NCBI GenBank assembly: GCA_977018835.1
Contig: OZ361259.1
Coordinates: forward strand, 124,001-188,000
Length of the DNA: 64,000 nucleotides
Reading direction: 5' to 3'
DNA from: Minutocellus sp. GHC0000111
Taxonomy: Eukaryota
A program made the translations under genes and the position numbers. Shown piece by piece: positions 44,497 through 56,164 of the stretch. Position 1 is the first letter of the stretch, and each line of letters starts with the position of its first letter. A model generated the notes under the pieces. The model worked only from the letters and a program-made list of their open reading frames with translations. It was not told where the DNA came from and ran no database searches.

Positions 44497-45633
44497 ATGG
44501 ATACTCCAAAGGGACACATCTTCAGTCCACCGCGTCCACCGAAACGCGCCGAGGCGACTGCATTCAGCCCCTCGCGCCATGAGAAGGAAACTTCCAACGA
44601 AACGCCGGAACATCCGCGGTATCGAGAGAACAAGGACAACGATGACGAGGAGGACAACCAAGGGGTCCCACCGGCATCGTCAGACCTCACATCTCCTCGT
44701 GTGTTGAAGTATCGACGCGAGTACAACGAAGAGGATGGCTTCGCCGCCGAACAAGCCCAAGCAAGGAAGTACTTGCATCATGACATATTGCGTGCCGACT
44801 TTCGCGGTACCGCTACCGTTTCATCTCATTCTGACGAAGATGATTCATTCTCAGAGATGAGCATAGCAACCGCCGACGCAAAGCCAAGCGGCGAGAGGAG
44901 AAAGCCCGTGAGCTCATTCGACCTTCCCTCCGCCACGCCCATGGTAACAAGTCCAATGTCAGTTCATACTCAGTATGCTCTTACCCCAAGCCGCTCATGC
45001 CCGTCGTTCAGCAACCTTCAATTGTCATCCCCTACCATCTTGGAGCCCTTGCCTCCAACCGAACCAACCGAACGACAGATTGAACGAGAGGTTGAGGAAC
45101 ATCGGAGGCTTGCGTGCTTTTTGACGTACGGAGAAGCACCACTACCACAAGATATAAAGAACTACAAGTCACCCACATGTAGTCAGAGGCCCGAACCAAG
45201 AAGAAAAGAGAAAGGGGTCTACCTCCCCTTCAAACAAGTTCCTGGTTGGGGTAGCGAGGTCGTGGTCACCACAGTGCTAGGCATGATCGAAGTCGATCGC
45301 CAAGTAAGAGAGGGTCGTGGTGCCTACCCGAAAGGGTGGAGAAGCAGAGAACTCGGATTGTATGATAACAAGACAATAGAATTCTCTATTGCATTATCTA
45401 CTGACAAGATTGCATTAGATGCACATAAGTTGGGATATGAGGATGGGAGTAAACAACCAACTGCTCACCCTGCCCTCACTGACAATAAACTTGCCGATGC
45501 ATATGGTGTGAAGCGCGGAAAGATTCGTCAGTCCCTCCACGCTGTGTGGCTTTCTAATGATCATATGAAGGCCAAGGAGGCAAAAAAGAATACCGGTAGA
45601 AATAGAAGAACAAAGAAGCCCACCGTGATATAA
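44497..45633 (+). CDS. Transposon ORF2, copy 4
   Basis: 378-aa open frame. Confidence 0.75.
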   Translation: MDTPKGHIFSPPRPPKRAEATAFSPSRHEKETSNETPEHPRYRENKDNDDEEDNQGVPPASSDLTSPRVLKYRREYNEEDGFAAEQAQARKYLHHDILRADFRGTATVSSHSDEDDSFSEMSIATADAKPSGERRKPVSSFDLPSATPMVTSPMSVHTQYALTPSRSCPSFSNLQLSSPTILEPLPPTEPTERQIEREVEEHRRLACFLTYGEAPLPQDIKNYKSPTCSQRPEPRRKEKGVYLPFKQVPGWGSEVVVTTVLGMIEVDRQVREGRGAYPKGWRSRELGLYDNKTIEFSIALSTDKIALDAHKLGYEDGSKQPTAHPALTDNKLADAYGVKRGKIRQSLHAVWLSNDHMKAKEAKKNTGRNRRTKKPTVI

Positions 45634-45697
45634 ACAAACCAATGCTGCTGCATCTTACATGTAGATCTATAAATAATTTGTAGACGTGTACATTTAT

Positions 45698-47371
45698 TTA
45701 ATACATGTGTAAAGATATTAATACTATCAATTTATTAGAAGGATGACGAGCTGAGGGCTCCATCCCCTTGGCCGTTTCGTTGAAGTCGATCCTAATTCCA
45801 GTGTGCAAGTTTTCGTCACCCAACCTTCCAACAAACTCATTGCTACCACCGGCCTTAATCACCAGGCCCATTATCCTCCAGTACTGAATGAAGGCCGAAG
45901 CAATTTTGCAGTTAGGCATGCTATCGTAAACGTCCTCGGCAGTGTCCCAGATCTGGTCGGTGGAAATGACGGAGGTGCCTACCATTTTTCGTGCCCATTC
46001 CGAGTGCCGCCGGCTCATCGCGGGGAACACGCTCAAGTCAAGGACGTTGGCGTGAGGCATCTGCGGTGCCTGTGGCTGCCACGTCCAGCCTTGCTCAGCA
46101 CAGAAGTTAGTAACAAATTGCGTGAAGGTTCCGTCCTCGTGAGGCCCGGCCTGGTCGCCCTGGATAATAACATGGCAATCTTCGTATTGCTTGCCCGGAC
46201 CGACAAGGTTGAGAATCGCTGGGAAAATATTCTCCTTGAATACGAGGAGCAAAGAGCATTTCGGATCCTTTTTGGTGCCTTCGTTCGATCCAGTAACGCA
46301 ACAATCAACAAGAAACGACTCTCCTTTCCGGCGAAGAGGTTCCTTTGGTGTCCCATCGGGGTTGGTATTTGGGTACCGTATTGAACCATCAGGCTGTGAT
46401 ACTGCTTCGCACTGAGCTCGCTCCGCTATTTTAGGAGCTTGAGCTCGTACCAGTGGCAGTTTTACAACCTCGCACCCACTCTCAAGAGAACCGTCAAAGA
46501 CAGCGGCAACAAATGCAATGGCCATGACCTTGTTGATGTGGCTCCTGTGAAAGGCCGCGTAATCTCGCTTTTTCACGCCGATTTCCTCGCAAGCCTTCGC
46601 AAAAGCTCGGAGGACGAGACCCCAGAACCATTTCTCATCGTAATGCACGAGGAGAACTCGCTTCTTTCCATTCGGTAAATTGCCGTTCTCATCCTTCATT
46701 TTGTTCCTTTTCTTCTCGGCATCGGCCATGGCCTTTTCATCCTTCCGCTTTTCTCGTTTCAAGGTGTCCCTTAGCCCTTTCAAAGCCTCCTCTGCAGCTT
46801 TGTATTGCGCTTCGGCCTCAACCAGCAGCACATCCAAATTCTTCTCGGTCGATCCACCAGAATTGGCGGTGCCGGTAGCAGAAACACCGACACTGGCAGG
46901 ATTGCCAGATTCTTCACTGTTGCCGCTTCCATCCACCACCATGGACTCGGCGATGCCCCCAGCTTCGATATTATCATCACCAGGACGAGCAGCGATACCA
47001 GCATTGTCCTCGACCGTCGGCTCAGGGCTGGCATCGGCGTTATTGGATGACGAATTGCGCCGAGCAATTTGAATTTGAGAAATCGGCACATCTTCTGCCG
47101 GATCAGGACCGGTCTGGCTCGGACAGCACAGCTCCTCCTCTCGGGCTTGCTCCATAACATCCTGCTGTTTCTGAAGTGAGAGGCCCGCCCATGCCCGGTT
47201 CGCTATGGTCTGGATCATCCCAGGAGACTTGCCACGAATCGTAGAGGCATCGATGGTGCCGCTCCGATGGACAAAATAATCAAAGCATGGGATGGAGCTG
47301 CCGGACCGACGGGAGCGGCGACATGCTGGCGCATCAGCTGCGGTGGCAGCAGTAGTAACAGCCATTTGCAT
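45698..47371 (-). CDS. Transposase copy 4, 557 aa (stop-loss TAG to TTG adds 10 aa)
   Basis: Substitution at 45729 extends PSNK with LIVLISLHMY. Confidence 0.88.
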   Translation of the reverse strand: MQMAVTTAATAADAPACRRSRRSGSSIPCFDYFVHRSGTIDASTIRGKSPGMIQTIANRAWAGLSLQKQQDVMEQAREEELCCPSQTGPDPAEDVPISQIQIARRNSSSNNADASPEPTVEDNAGIAARPGDDNIEAGGIAESMVVDGSGNSEESGNPASVGVSATGTANSGGSTEKNLDVLLVEAEAQYKAAEEALKGLRDTLKREKRKDEKAMADAEKKRNKMKDENGNLPNGKKRVLLVHYDEKWFWGLVLRAFAKACEEIGVKKRDYAAFHRSHINKVMAIAFVAAVFDGSLESGCEVVKLPLVRAQAPKIAERAQCEAVSQPDGSIRYPNTNPDGTPKEPLRRKGESFLVDCCVTGSNEGTKKDPKCSLLLVFKENIFPAILNLVGPGKQYEDCHVIIQGDQAGPHEDGTFTQFVTNFCAEQGWTWQPQAPQMPHANVLDLSVFPAMSRRHSEWARKMVGTSVISTDQIWDTAEDVYDSMPNCKIASAFIQYWRIMGLVIKAGGSNEFVGRLGDENLHTGIRIDFNETAKGMEPSARHPSNKLIVLISLHMY

Positions 47372-48722
47372 TAATATGGTGTTGGATGCAGTGTTTTGTG
47401 GCAGTAGAGCAACAGTTTGTATGTCGGGTGGGTTGGAAATGAGGAAGGTTTCATTGAGTGGCGGGCGCGCCGGGAGGGTGATGATTTTTTTGGCCCGCTC
47501 GATTTTGGCGCGGGGTCACCCGGACCGCATGAGACACGCCATCATGGGGACCATGGAGACCGACATCGGAGCTCAAACCATGTGGCTGCTTGAATCAATG
47601 CATTTGGGAGGTGGTGGTGGGGTCGGGAGGTGGAGGAGGTGACCGGTTGTCATCGGAAAAACTGGCAGAAGTCGGGAGGGGCGATGGATGGGGTGAGTCG
47701 GCCAGACGCTGGCATGGGAAGATGAAATCGACATCTCCGAGTCGGTCCAAGGTCAAGGACCAACCCGTTCTGGAGACATGCCACGCTTATCCCTTGCGTG
47801 AAGCGGATGCCGTCGGCACTGCCGTCACCACCATCTTGAAGACAGGACGACAGCAAATAAATGCTGCTTGCTGCGTGCGTTTGTGCTGATTTTTATGAGA
47901 CTTTGCCCAAAGACCCGAAAACCGGGTCCCTGAAACTGCTGCTGTCCGCGACCTCGCATCTTGGACCATTTCGGCTTGCTGTTGTTGTTGCTGGCGTCGT
48001 CGTCTTTGCCATCACCGGCTGCCACAGCTCTCACATCGACGGCGTCGTTCTCGGCCTCGGCGATGGAGTCGTGCCCGCTGGACCGGGTGCTGCCGCTCCT
48101 CGATCGGATGCGTTCATTGCTGTTGTTACCACTAGCACTGGTGCTTGCAGCAGCATTGTTGGCGAGTCCATTGGGAACATCGGCATCCTGCCGAAATCGA
48201 ACGACGTTGTTCGAGCGCGACGACGACGACAACGAAGGGCCGTCCTCGACCCCGCCCAGGCCCGACATCTCCGACATGCTGGACTGGAGGGATTGGCCGC
48301 CGACGACGGTGCCCGGGGAGGAGGCCGAGCTGGCGGCATGAGTGTGCGTGTGCGAAGGCGCCAACACGTCATCGGTCGTCTTGGATCGTTTTCGTGTTGC
48401 TGGCATTGGTGTTGGAAGATGGCTCCTGTCGTGCCACCGGCGCCGAATCGAGGCGTCGGCGCATCATGTTGCCGCGGCTATAGAGATGTTGGCTGGTCTA
48501 TTGTAGGAAAGGAGCAGCGGCAAGGGGCTGGAGGGTTTGAAGGTTGGGTTGACACGCCGCCGCCGGGAAATGCCGGAATTGAATGCATTGCTATCCGTAC
48601 GTACCTAGTACGTAGCAAAGTCGCGTCATGATGATGTGAGCGAAATATCGCAAAATAAAATAAAAACCCTCCCTCCGCCGAAAATCATCCTGCCATCAAA
48701 GTAGGAAGTCAAAACAAGCACC

Positions 48723-49211
48723 ATGGCCGAAATGATCCCACCCCCCGAGTGGGGATCTGGCCCCAACAACCCCAACCCTCCCGCCTACCTCCTTCGGGGC
48801 TACGCCGAGAGACGCGCCGAGGCCTCCCGCAAATGTCCCGCCACCGTCGCCGCCCTCCAAATCGTCGGCGTCCTCGTCGTCTTCATCCTACTCGGATCGC
48901 TCGCCGTGGACCACCTCGACGTCCTCGTCCACGCCATCAACGTCCATCATCTCCTCGGCATGCTGGTCCGCTACTCCCTGTGGTCGGCGCAGGTGTTCGA
49001 CATACTGGTGGTTCTGGTCGGGAATAGGCTCTGGACCTACGTGCCCTTCTACGGTTACGGCCACAACCGCCATCGACCGCCTCCACACTGGTACTACCAT
49101 TTCTGGAAGCCCAACCTGCTGGCATTGTTCATTATGCACTTTTTGGTCCTGCCCACCATCCTGCCCCACATCCTTGCTGCCATCATGTACCTCACGAGCG
49201 AATGGGAGTGA
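48723..49211 (+). CDS. Hypothetical membrane protein (duplicate)
   Basis: Copy of 25868-26356. Confidence 0.65.
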   Translation: MAEMIPPPEWGSGPNNPNPPAYLLRGYAERRAEASRKCPATVAALQIVGVLVVFILLGSLAVDHLDVLVHAINVHHLLGMLVRYSLWSAQVFDILVVLVGNRLWTYVPFYGYGHNRHRPPPHWYYHFWKPNLLALFIMHFLVLPTILPHILAAIMYLTSEWE

Positions 49212-49472
49212 TTGTTGTATCATCATCATCATCATTGTTGGAGAATGGATTGTAAGGTAGCATTGGTTTGGGAGTCATATGAGATCGTGTACATAGGAAT
49301 AGTGCAATATTGGCGTCTTCATCTCCGTTTTCTTTACAAAAGGCCAAGGCCAGCAATTGGATTTAGTATCATCAACAATGTATATAAATAATTGCAAAGC
49401 TTTGCCGTTGAAGCGTACATGAACAACAGCATACTCTACATGTATCAGTCACAAGTATGTATTGCATGTTCA

Positions 49473-50386
49473 TTAGTCCCTCTTCCCACGCCTTGCGGTC
49501 TTGCCACCCGCCTCGCTCGATTCAATCCGCCGTTGCCGATTTGCCGCCGCCGCGCTGCCGCCGTCGTCCTCCGACCCCGCCATCTCCCCGAACAGATTGC
49601 TAAAGGCCTTGGTCGGGTCCGTCATCATCTGATTCTGCGTCGCCATCTGCTGCCGCATCTGCTCCCGCTGCTCGTCGTCCAGACCCTCCATCATCTTGGG
49701 CATGAAGGCCATCAGCGCGACCGATACCTGGTCAATTGGTTCATTGGTTTTTGAGAGGATGCGAAATAATTGAAAGGGTGTGAGGGAAATGAATATCGAC
49801 TCTCCGACATACGTACGCCGACACGATTCCATGTACAACCACACGCTCTGCTCTCGCTTCCACTATTCTGTCCACACCACCCCTCTCTCTTCCATATTCT
49901 ACGTACCACCATCATGAGGACCATTGGATTCTTGAGCAACCGCAGCGGGTTGAATCGTGGCTTGGGCTCAAAGTATTGGTATTGCGCCAGCGCCGTCAGC
50001 TCCAGCGGGTACGACACCACCGCCTTGGCGGCTCCCGCGTACGCGTATTCGATGCATTTCGGTTCCATGTTAATCTCCTGCTTGAGCTGAATCTTGACGG
50101 TGGGATAGTGATGGACGTGGCTGTGCACGTTCAAGGCGTGGACGCCGGGTCCGACCCGATGAAAGACGAAGGCCCCGTCCGTCTGGGAGTAGGTGGCAAA
50201 TTCCCCGTCGTTGAGGGTGATGCGCGTGGTGTTGGTCAGGGGTTCGCCGGAGGAGAGGAGCAGCTTTCCCCGGATGGGTACCGTCGCCGGTGGTTCGCCC
50301 TCTCCGTGCACGCCCGGCAACAAGGAGAAGAACACCGGCACGGCAAGGGCCAGGCTGGCCAAGAAACGATAGGGGTCGACCGTCAT
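49473..50386 (-). CDS. EMC7: EMC7 (duplicate, 2 exons)
   Basis: Copy of 26618-27531. Confidence 0.88.
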
Positions 50387-50527
50387 GGTTGGGTGGTTGG
50401 TTTGAGGGGCGGGCCTTGGGTTGCCCACTCACAGTCGAATGAGTCAAATGACACTGTAACCATGCACGCACGCGTGGCGTGCTGGAACTTCGTCGATTGC
50501 TTCACCGCTCATTCTTCACGTGCCACC

Positions 50528-51850
50528 ATGCGCCTCCTACTGACCAGCCCATACGCTGCCTTGGCCCTATCCCTAGCCACAGCGGCGTCGGTATCTGCAT
50601 TTGCGCCTTCTCAGTCCCTGGTATCACAAAATGCGGAAATATTAATCGCGCGTCATCAGCATCAGCCGGCGACCACCCTCCATGCGTCGACCGAGGAGGA
50701 CCAAGAAACCACAGCCGCCGCCACGCCACCCAGCACGCCGGCACCGCAGTTCAACGGCAAGACCATCCTCCCCATGCGGGTGGTATCGCCCGGCCTCAGG
50801 GGGCACAAGGTGGCGGCCGTCTACGCCATCCTCAATTCCAGCTACAAGAAGAAGTCCGGCGGGGAGGGGTGGGAGCACTGCGAGCACGTCGGCATCACGC
50901 GCGACCTCGACGCCACCCTCCAGGCGCACGGGGCGGCGCGGGGCAAGAAGGCCGTGGCCAACCTCCGGGCTCTGAGCTTTAGCTTTCCGCAAAAGGGTGT
51001 CATGGAGGATATGGCGGCAGAGTGGAGGGAAAAGGCTGGAGAGGCCGGGGGGAATGCTCCCACCATGGCGTGGGCCGACGATGGCAAGGTTGCCGATGGC
51101 GATGATGCCGCGGCAGCAGCAGCGGCCGAAAAGGCCAGACAAGAAGAAGAGCTCATTCGCGTCATTGAGCAGTCGGCCATGTACGATGACGAGGATGACG
51201 ACGAAGACGATGACTATTACGAGGATGACGACGAGGACAGTGGTTCGGCTGCGTCGCTCTTTGTGGACAAGACGGACCAGGCCGCGGCGGCCAATACCGG
51301 CACCGACGCAGATTCAGTAACCTCACCATTTGAGTCCGATGGCAGCAAGGTCAATGCCAATGGCGAAGACAAGCCACTGAAATTCAATATGGAGAACGTC
51401 GACAAGGTATTGGACGAGATTCGACCATATCTGATTTCCGACGGAGGCAACTGCCGAATCGACAGCATCGACGAGGAGAAGCAGAACGTCTACCTCATCC
51501 TGGAGGGGGCGTGCGGGTCCTGCGCCTCGTCGACGGTGACCATGCAGATGGGCATCCAGCGGGTGCTCAACGAGAACTTTCCCTACTTTGGCGAAGTGGT
51601 GCAGGTGGAGGATCCCGATCTGGTCGATGCCAAGCCGACGGAGCTGACGTTGGAGGCGGTGCAGTCGGAACTGAACCGGATCAAGCCGGCCATATTGGCC
51701 ATGGGCGGGAGCGTGGAGATTGTATCGGTCGATACCGAGCTGGGAGTCGTCAAGCTCAACTTTCGTGGATCGAACAAGGTGAAGCAGGGGTTGGAGTTGG
51801 CCATCCGAGACGTGGAATTCGTCAAGCATGTTGAGTTTGAGAGTCAATAG
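50528..51850 (+). CDS. Plastid GIY-YIG-like/NFU protein (duplicate, one S to N change)
   Basis: Copy of 27673-28995. Confidence 0.88.
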   Translation: MRLLLTSPYAALALSLATAASVSAFAPSQSLVSQNAEILIARHQHQPATTLHASTEEDQETTAAATPPSTPAPQFNGKTILPMRVVSPGLRGHKVAAVYAILNSSYKKKSGGEGWEHCEHVGITRDLDATLQAHGAARGKKAVANLRALSFSFPQKGVMEDMAAEWREKAGEAGGNAPTMAWADDGKVADGDDAAAAAAAEKARQEEELIRVIEQSAMYDDEDDDEDDDYYEDDDEDSGSAASLFVDKTDQAAAANTGTDADSVTSPFESDGSKVNANGEDKPLKFNMENVDKVLDEIRPYLISDGGNCRIDSIDEEKQNVYLILEGACGSCASSTVTMQMGIQRVLNENFPYFGEVVQVEDPDLVDAKPTELTLEAVQSELNRIKPAILAMGGSVEIVSVDTELGVVKLNFRGSNKVKQGLELAIRDVEFVKHVEFESQ

Positions 51851-51897
51851 CAGCAGTCTCGGTGGTATTTTCTTAAAACATAGATTCTCTAGAGCCA

Positions 51898-51991
51898 CAT
51901 TCATCGCAACCATTCTCCGCCTTCAAGCTATTGCCCTCACCGCTGCTTGTTATCGTAGCAGCGCATCATTCGTCAAGATTGTTTCCCCAAC
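51898..51991 (+). repeat. ~95-bp dispersed repeat (duplicate of 29043-29136)
   Basis: Similar to 56034-56130. Confidence 0.88.
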
Positions 51992-52315
51992 ATCTACTGA
52001 CATGCACGCAGGCTACTTTGCAACTTTTGGCAACAAACGTGCAAACGCAAGCGGATGCAGTCCGCTGCTTTCATGGGTTTCCAAATGACTATGAGAAGAC
52101 GCCTGTGAAAAATTCAACTCTCCGCGCCTCGCTCAATGCATCTTCAATGCGACTTGCTTGACACAATAGCCCCTGAGACATTCAGCTCTGCCCCGTCCTC
52201 TTGACTTGCTGACCGCAAATGCACGCCAGCTCAGTCCGCCTGTCGAATCGAACCCACGCACAGTCTAACGAACGCCTCAACCGGCAATTACAAATCGATC
52301 CCTACTGCACTTCAA

Positions 52316-52379
52316 CTTGCTGACTTGCTGACTTGCTGACTTGCTGACTTGCTGACTTGCTGACTTGCTGACTTGCTGA
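52316..52379. repeat. (CTTGCTGA)8 octamer repeat
   Basis: Eight units; explains the 32-bp offset change between units. Confidence 0.92.
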
Positions 52380-52479
52380 CTTGACTCGCGCATTACTTAT
52401 TTGCTTGGGAGTTCGAGGATTTTTTGCTCATTTCGCTGCATCGGTACTTCGCAGCAAGCCTGGCACAAAGGATTTTATC

Positions 52480-55400
52480 ATGGCCAATCCCGCCCGTTCC
52501 GTTCTGCATGCATTGTTGTTGACCTACCTCTGCGTGGGGTCTGCGTTTTGCACGGATGTAGAAGGCGACCAGCCGCGGCGACACATGCTTCATGCTGGGC
52601 CGTCCGTCGCCCAAACCGAATGTTATGCCGACCTCGTCGATCCCGACGATCCGACCAGTTTGGGTTATTATCGTGCCCTGGCCGACTATCTCGATACCAC
52701 ATCTGCCCCTCATCCTGGATTGGGAAGGCTCGAACCCGTGCCGGCCGGATTTCCAGCCGTCGCAGACACAGCAGCAGGAAGCGGAAGCGCACCGATCAAC
52801 GGCCAGGATCGCGACGTTCATCTCCTTCGCATCTCTGCTTTGTACGCCTTTCTCAAAACCCAGACAAATTCCACCACGGGCGAGACGTATTTGGAAAGAC
52901 ATCGTACCAACCGGATGGAGACTGCCGCCTCGTTGCTCCTTGCTGTTCAGCACTTCAATACCGGAAATGGCGCCGTTGTCAAGGAGATCGAGGGCATTGA
53001 CCAGACTTGTAGTGTGCGGCTGGTGGCGGACTTCCACGAAAGCGAAACCAATACACGTATGGCTGTGGATCGGCTTGCCAAAGACATTCTGCTGTCCGAC
53101 ACAACCTCGACACCGGAGCTTGACGACGAAGGCACCGAAGATGCACTCTCCAAGAACAGTAAAGAAAATACAAAAACGCGCAACCCGACCACTGTCGTAT
53201 TTGGAGATTTTCGTTCCTCCATTACCATGCCACTGGCATCGCTCAATAGTGTGTACGGCGTTCCGCAGGTATGTGCGACCTGTACGACGACCGATTTGGA
53301 CGATCCGAACCAGTTTCCGCTATTCGGTCGATATGTGCCCAGTGATGCCGGTACGGCAATGGCCGTGGTGAGCTTTGCCCGGCAGCGAAATCGGGAGGCC
53401 AATGGTGGACCGGAAGAGGGAGGGGAAGATTTGCGGTTTATCGGTGTGCTTTATCGCAACGATGCCTTTGGAACTGCATACTACTTGGCCATTAAGGATG
53501 CCTTTGAATTTGCAGAAGAAGATGGGCAAGAGGACGCCGAGGGTGGCAACAATGATGGTGAAGAAGGCGTCGTCGATCAGGCTTTTGACGATACCTTTCG
53601 CCGTGCCCAGGGCTTTCACTACGACTACACAAACACCGATGATATTGACCGAGCTGTCACCGCCCTGGCGCGAACGGGATATCGACTTTTTGTTGGCGTC
53701 TTTTATTCCTCCCATTATGAGTACGTGATGGAGTCAGCCTTCCGTCATGGAATTGCAGGCCCCGGCTTCGTCTGGATAATGAGCGATGGTTTGAGTACAA
53801 AGAAAGTGTCCGATATATCCCCCCTTCCTGCTGGCTCTCCTCTGGCCATTGCATCCGAGGGAGTTGGGATTATCAAAGCCGGGCCGATATCAGGAACAGA
53901 GACCGAGGACGGTAAAGAAACAGGTTTCGATCGGATGATTCGTGAATTCCAGAAACAAAATAAGGACCAAGTCGACTACTTGAATTGCGTCGGCCATCCG
54001 AGAACTAATTCAGAAGAGGCTCTGATATATCATCTCGCTGAAGACTCGTTCTTCCAAGAGAGCATCCCTCCTACAAGTGGATTGTTTTTTTACGACGCGG
54101 CCATTTCTTTTGGTATGGCAGCGTGCAAGTTGCTTGAGGAAAAGGGCGGCGATATCAATTCAAATGTTGATGGGAAGGAGCTCATGGAGCAATTTCTATC
54201 GCAAGAATTCCAAGGCGCTAGCGGATTTGTTTCTGTGGATCCTCCTACACATAGCCGCCGTCCAGAGACGGCTGGATTTCACGCGTACAATGCGCAGGGC
54301 ACTCTCAATCCAGCAGAGAACGAAACGAGCTTCTCAATGGATGTAGTATCTTACACCCTCTCTACCGACAGTGCTAATTATACAGAGATGAAATGGTTGA
54401 ATCGTCCCGGAAAATATTATCGGTTTTCGGATGGCACTCCAAATTTTCCTTACACGTTGCCGCGCATTTCCAACTTTGATCACAATTACATCAGCCCCGG
54501 ACTTCGTGGCACCTTCTACGTGCTCGCCTTTGTCATCTTTGGTTTGTCCATTTTCTTCTCCTGTTGGACGCATTACAATCGAAAGAGCAAGGTCGTTAGA
54601 GCTGCACAGCCACTCTTCCTCCACATTATTTGTCTGGGTACTTTTATCATGGCAGCCACTATAATTACGCTCGGGATTGATGATAGTATTGCAACGGAGC
54701 ACGGATGCTCAATCGCATGCCGGCTCAATCCTTGGTTTCTTTCGGTCGGCTTTGTTTGCGCCTTCAGTTCTATCTTTGGCAAGGAGTGGCGTATCAACAG
54801 AATCTTTCATAATCCTTCCATGAGAAGGATTACCGTTTCTGCAAAGGACGTCCTCATTCCTTGCTTCATTTTGCTGGGCTTGAATGTTCTTGTGTTGGCT
54901 CTTTGGACTGGTCTGAGCCCTTTATCTTGGGACCGTTTTATGTTGGGACGGTCGACAAGTACGGACGCCAACTCGAGAGTATCGGCATTTGTACGTCCGA
55001 AACACGGGAATGGGCCCCGTATGTCGGAGTTCTTCTCAGTATCAATATGATCATGGTCCTTTTTGCCAACTACCAAGCATACCAGGCGAGAGGAATCTCA
55101 GTCGAATTTTCTGAGTCGAAGCATATCGCTGTAATTATGGTGGCAATTTTGCAGGCCGTTGCCATCGGTCTTCCTCTTGTTGTTTTGGTCTCGGACGACC
55201 CGATTGCTGCGTTTGTTGTTCGAGCTGGCTTGATTGGGTTTATTTGTGCAACCTTCTTGCTGGTGCTTTTTCTGCCGAAAATGATGCATCTCAAAGACGC
55301 CAAAAAAGAAGCCGAGAAGAAGGCTGAGCGACTCGCCCGGTCCAAGGCGAGGCGCGAGGACTTCCTCAAGAGAACCAAATCACAGGAATCACGTAGTTCA

Positions 55401-55737
55401 CTGCAGTCTCACGACATTTTCTTTTCCGCGCCAATCGTCTGAGGGATCAGTCGAATCAAATTACTCTGAAGCTGGCATTGTCGTGCTTCGAAATCCCAAA
55501 GCTGACCAAGAAGAAATCATTTCTCTCAAGGCCAAGCTCTCCGAAGCTACATCAAGGGAGAAGGAACTCCGTCGCCGGATTACAGTCCTAGAGCAGAACA
55601 ATGGATGTGGTGAGTTGGTCGATGGCCTTCCAAAGAAGACCAGACCGCCCTCGGTTACCTTTGCTGCGAGCGACAGTGACAGTGATCTTTCTGACGAAGA
55701 GAACGATGAGGAAGCTCCTTCTTCTAAAAATAAATAG
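52480..55737 (+). pseudogene. Class C GPCR, unit B copy with native C-terminus, two frame changes
   Basis: Three frame segments: to ~54938, to ~55440, then RQSSEGSVESNYSEAGIVVLRNPK...PSSKNK* ending 55737; may be real lesions or assembly indels. Confidence 0.8.
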
Positions 55738-56033
55738 GATTTGATTGTAGGGTTAGATCTACATGCATGAATGTTACAGGAACCTAGAGATCTACTACAT
55801 GTATGTAGCTAGCGAGTAGGTTCCTACAACCTCATATAAATACCAACAAAAAGAATGACATTGTACTGAGATCGAGGTACTGTAGATCTTAGTACGCCGG
55901 TCCATCACACAGCTTGCCGAACAGTGCAGTCGCCGGCCACTCCTCCTACTGATAAAAATCTATACAAAATTTATCGAAGCAGCGGCATGCCATCCTCGTC
56001 GCGGGCCTTGCCACCCAGAGCCCAGACAGGCCT

Positions 56034-56130
56034 CATTCATTGCAACCATTCTCCGCCTTCAAGCCACCATCCTCACCGCCGCCGCTAGTTATCGTAGCAG
56101 CGCATCATTCGTCAAGATTGTTTCCCCAAC
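56034..56130 (+). promoter_or_regulatory. dUTPase upstream (promoter/5'UTR) segment, duplicated upstream of the GPCR
   Basis: Ends 35 bp before dUTPase ATG; regulatory role inferred from position only. Confidence 0.5.
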
Positions 56131-56164
56131 GTTCCTCCTCCGCCCGCTTTGCTTCGCCGCGACC

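Larger units (their letters stand above)
44297..47956 (-). mobile_element. Transposon copy 4 (duplicate of copy 2)
   Basis: Both TIRs, flanks TA and CA as in copy 2. Confidence 0.93.
40004..48406 (-). pseudogene. BAR-like/GRAM/VASt/TM gene (duplicate), same transposon insertion and frameshift
   Basis: Copy of 17149-25551. Confidence 0.82.
32735..55624 (+). repeat. Tandem segmental duplication, unit B
   Basis: Near-identical to unit A; ends in native GPCR tail GTCGATG|GCCTTCC. Confidence 0.95.

Noticed and set aside
9378..55624. RIP-like or methylation-driven hypermutation between repeats
   Set aside because: Too few differences and mixed contexts (CA, CG, CT) to support a pattern
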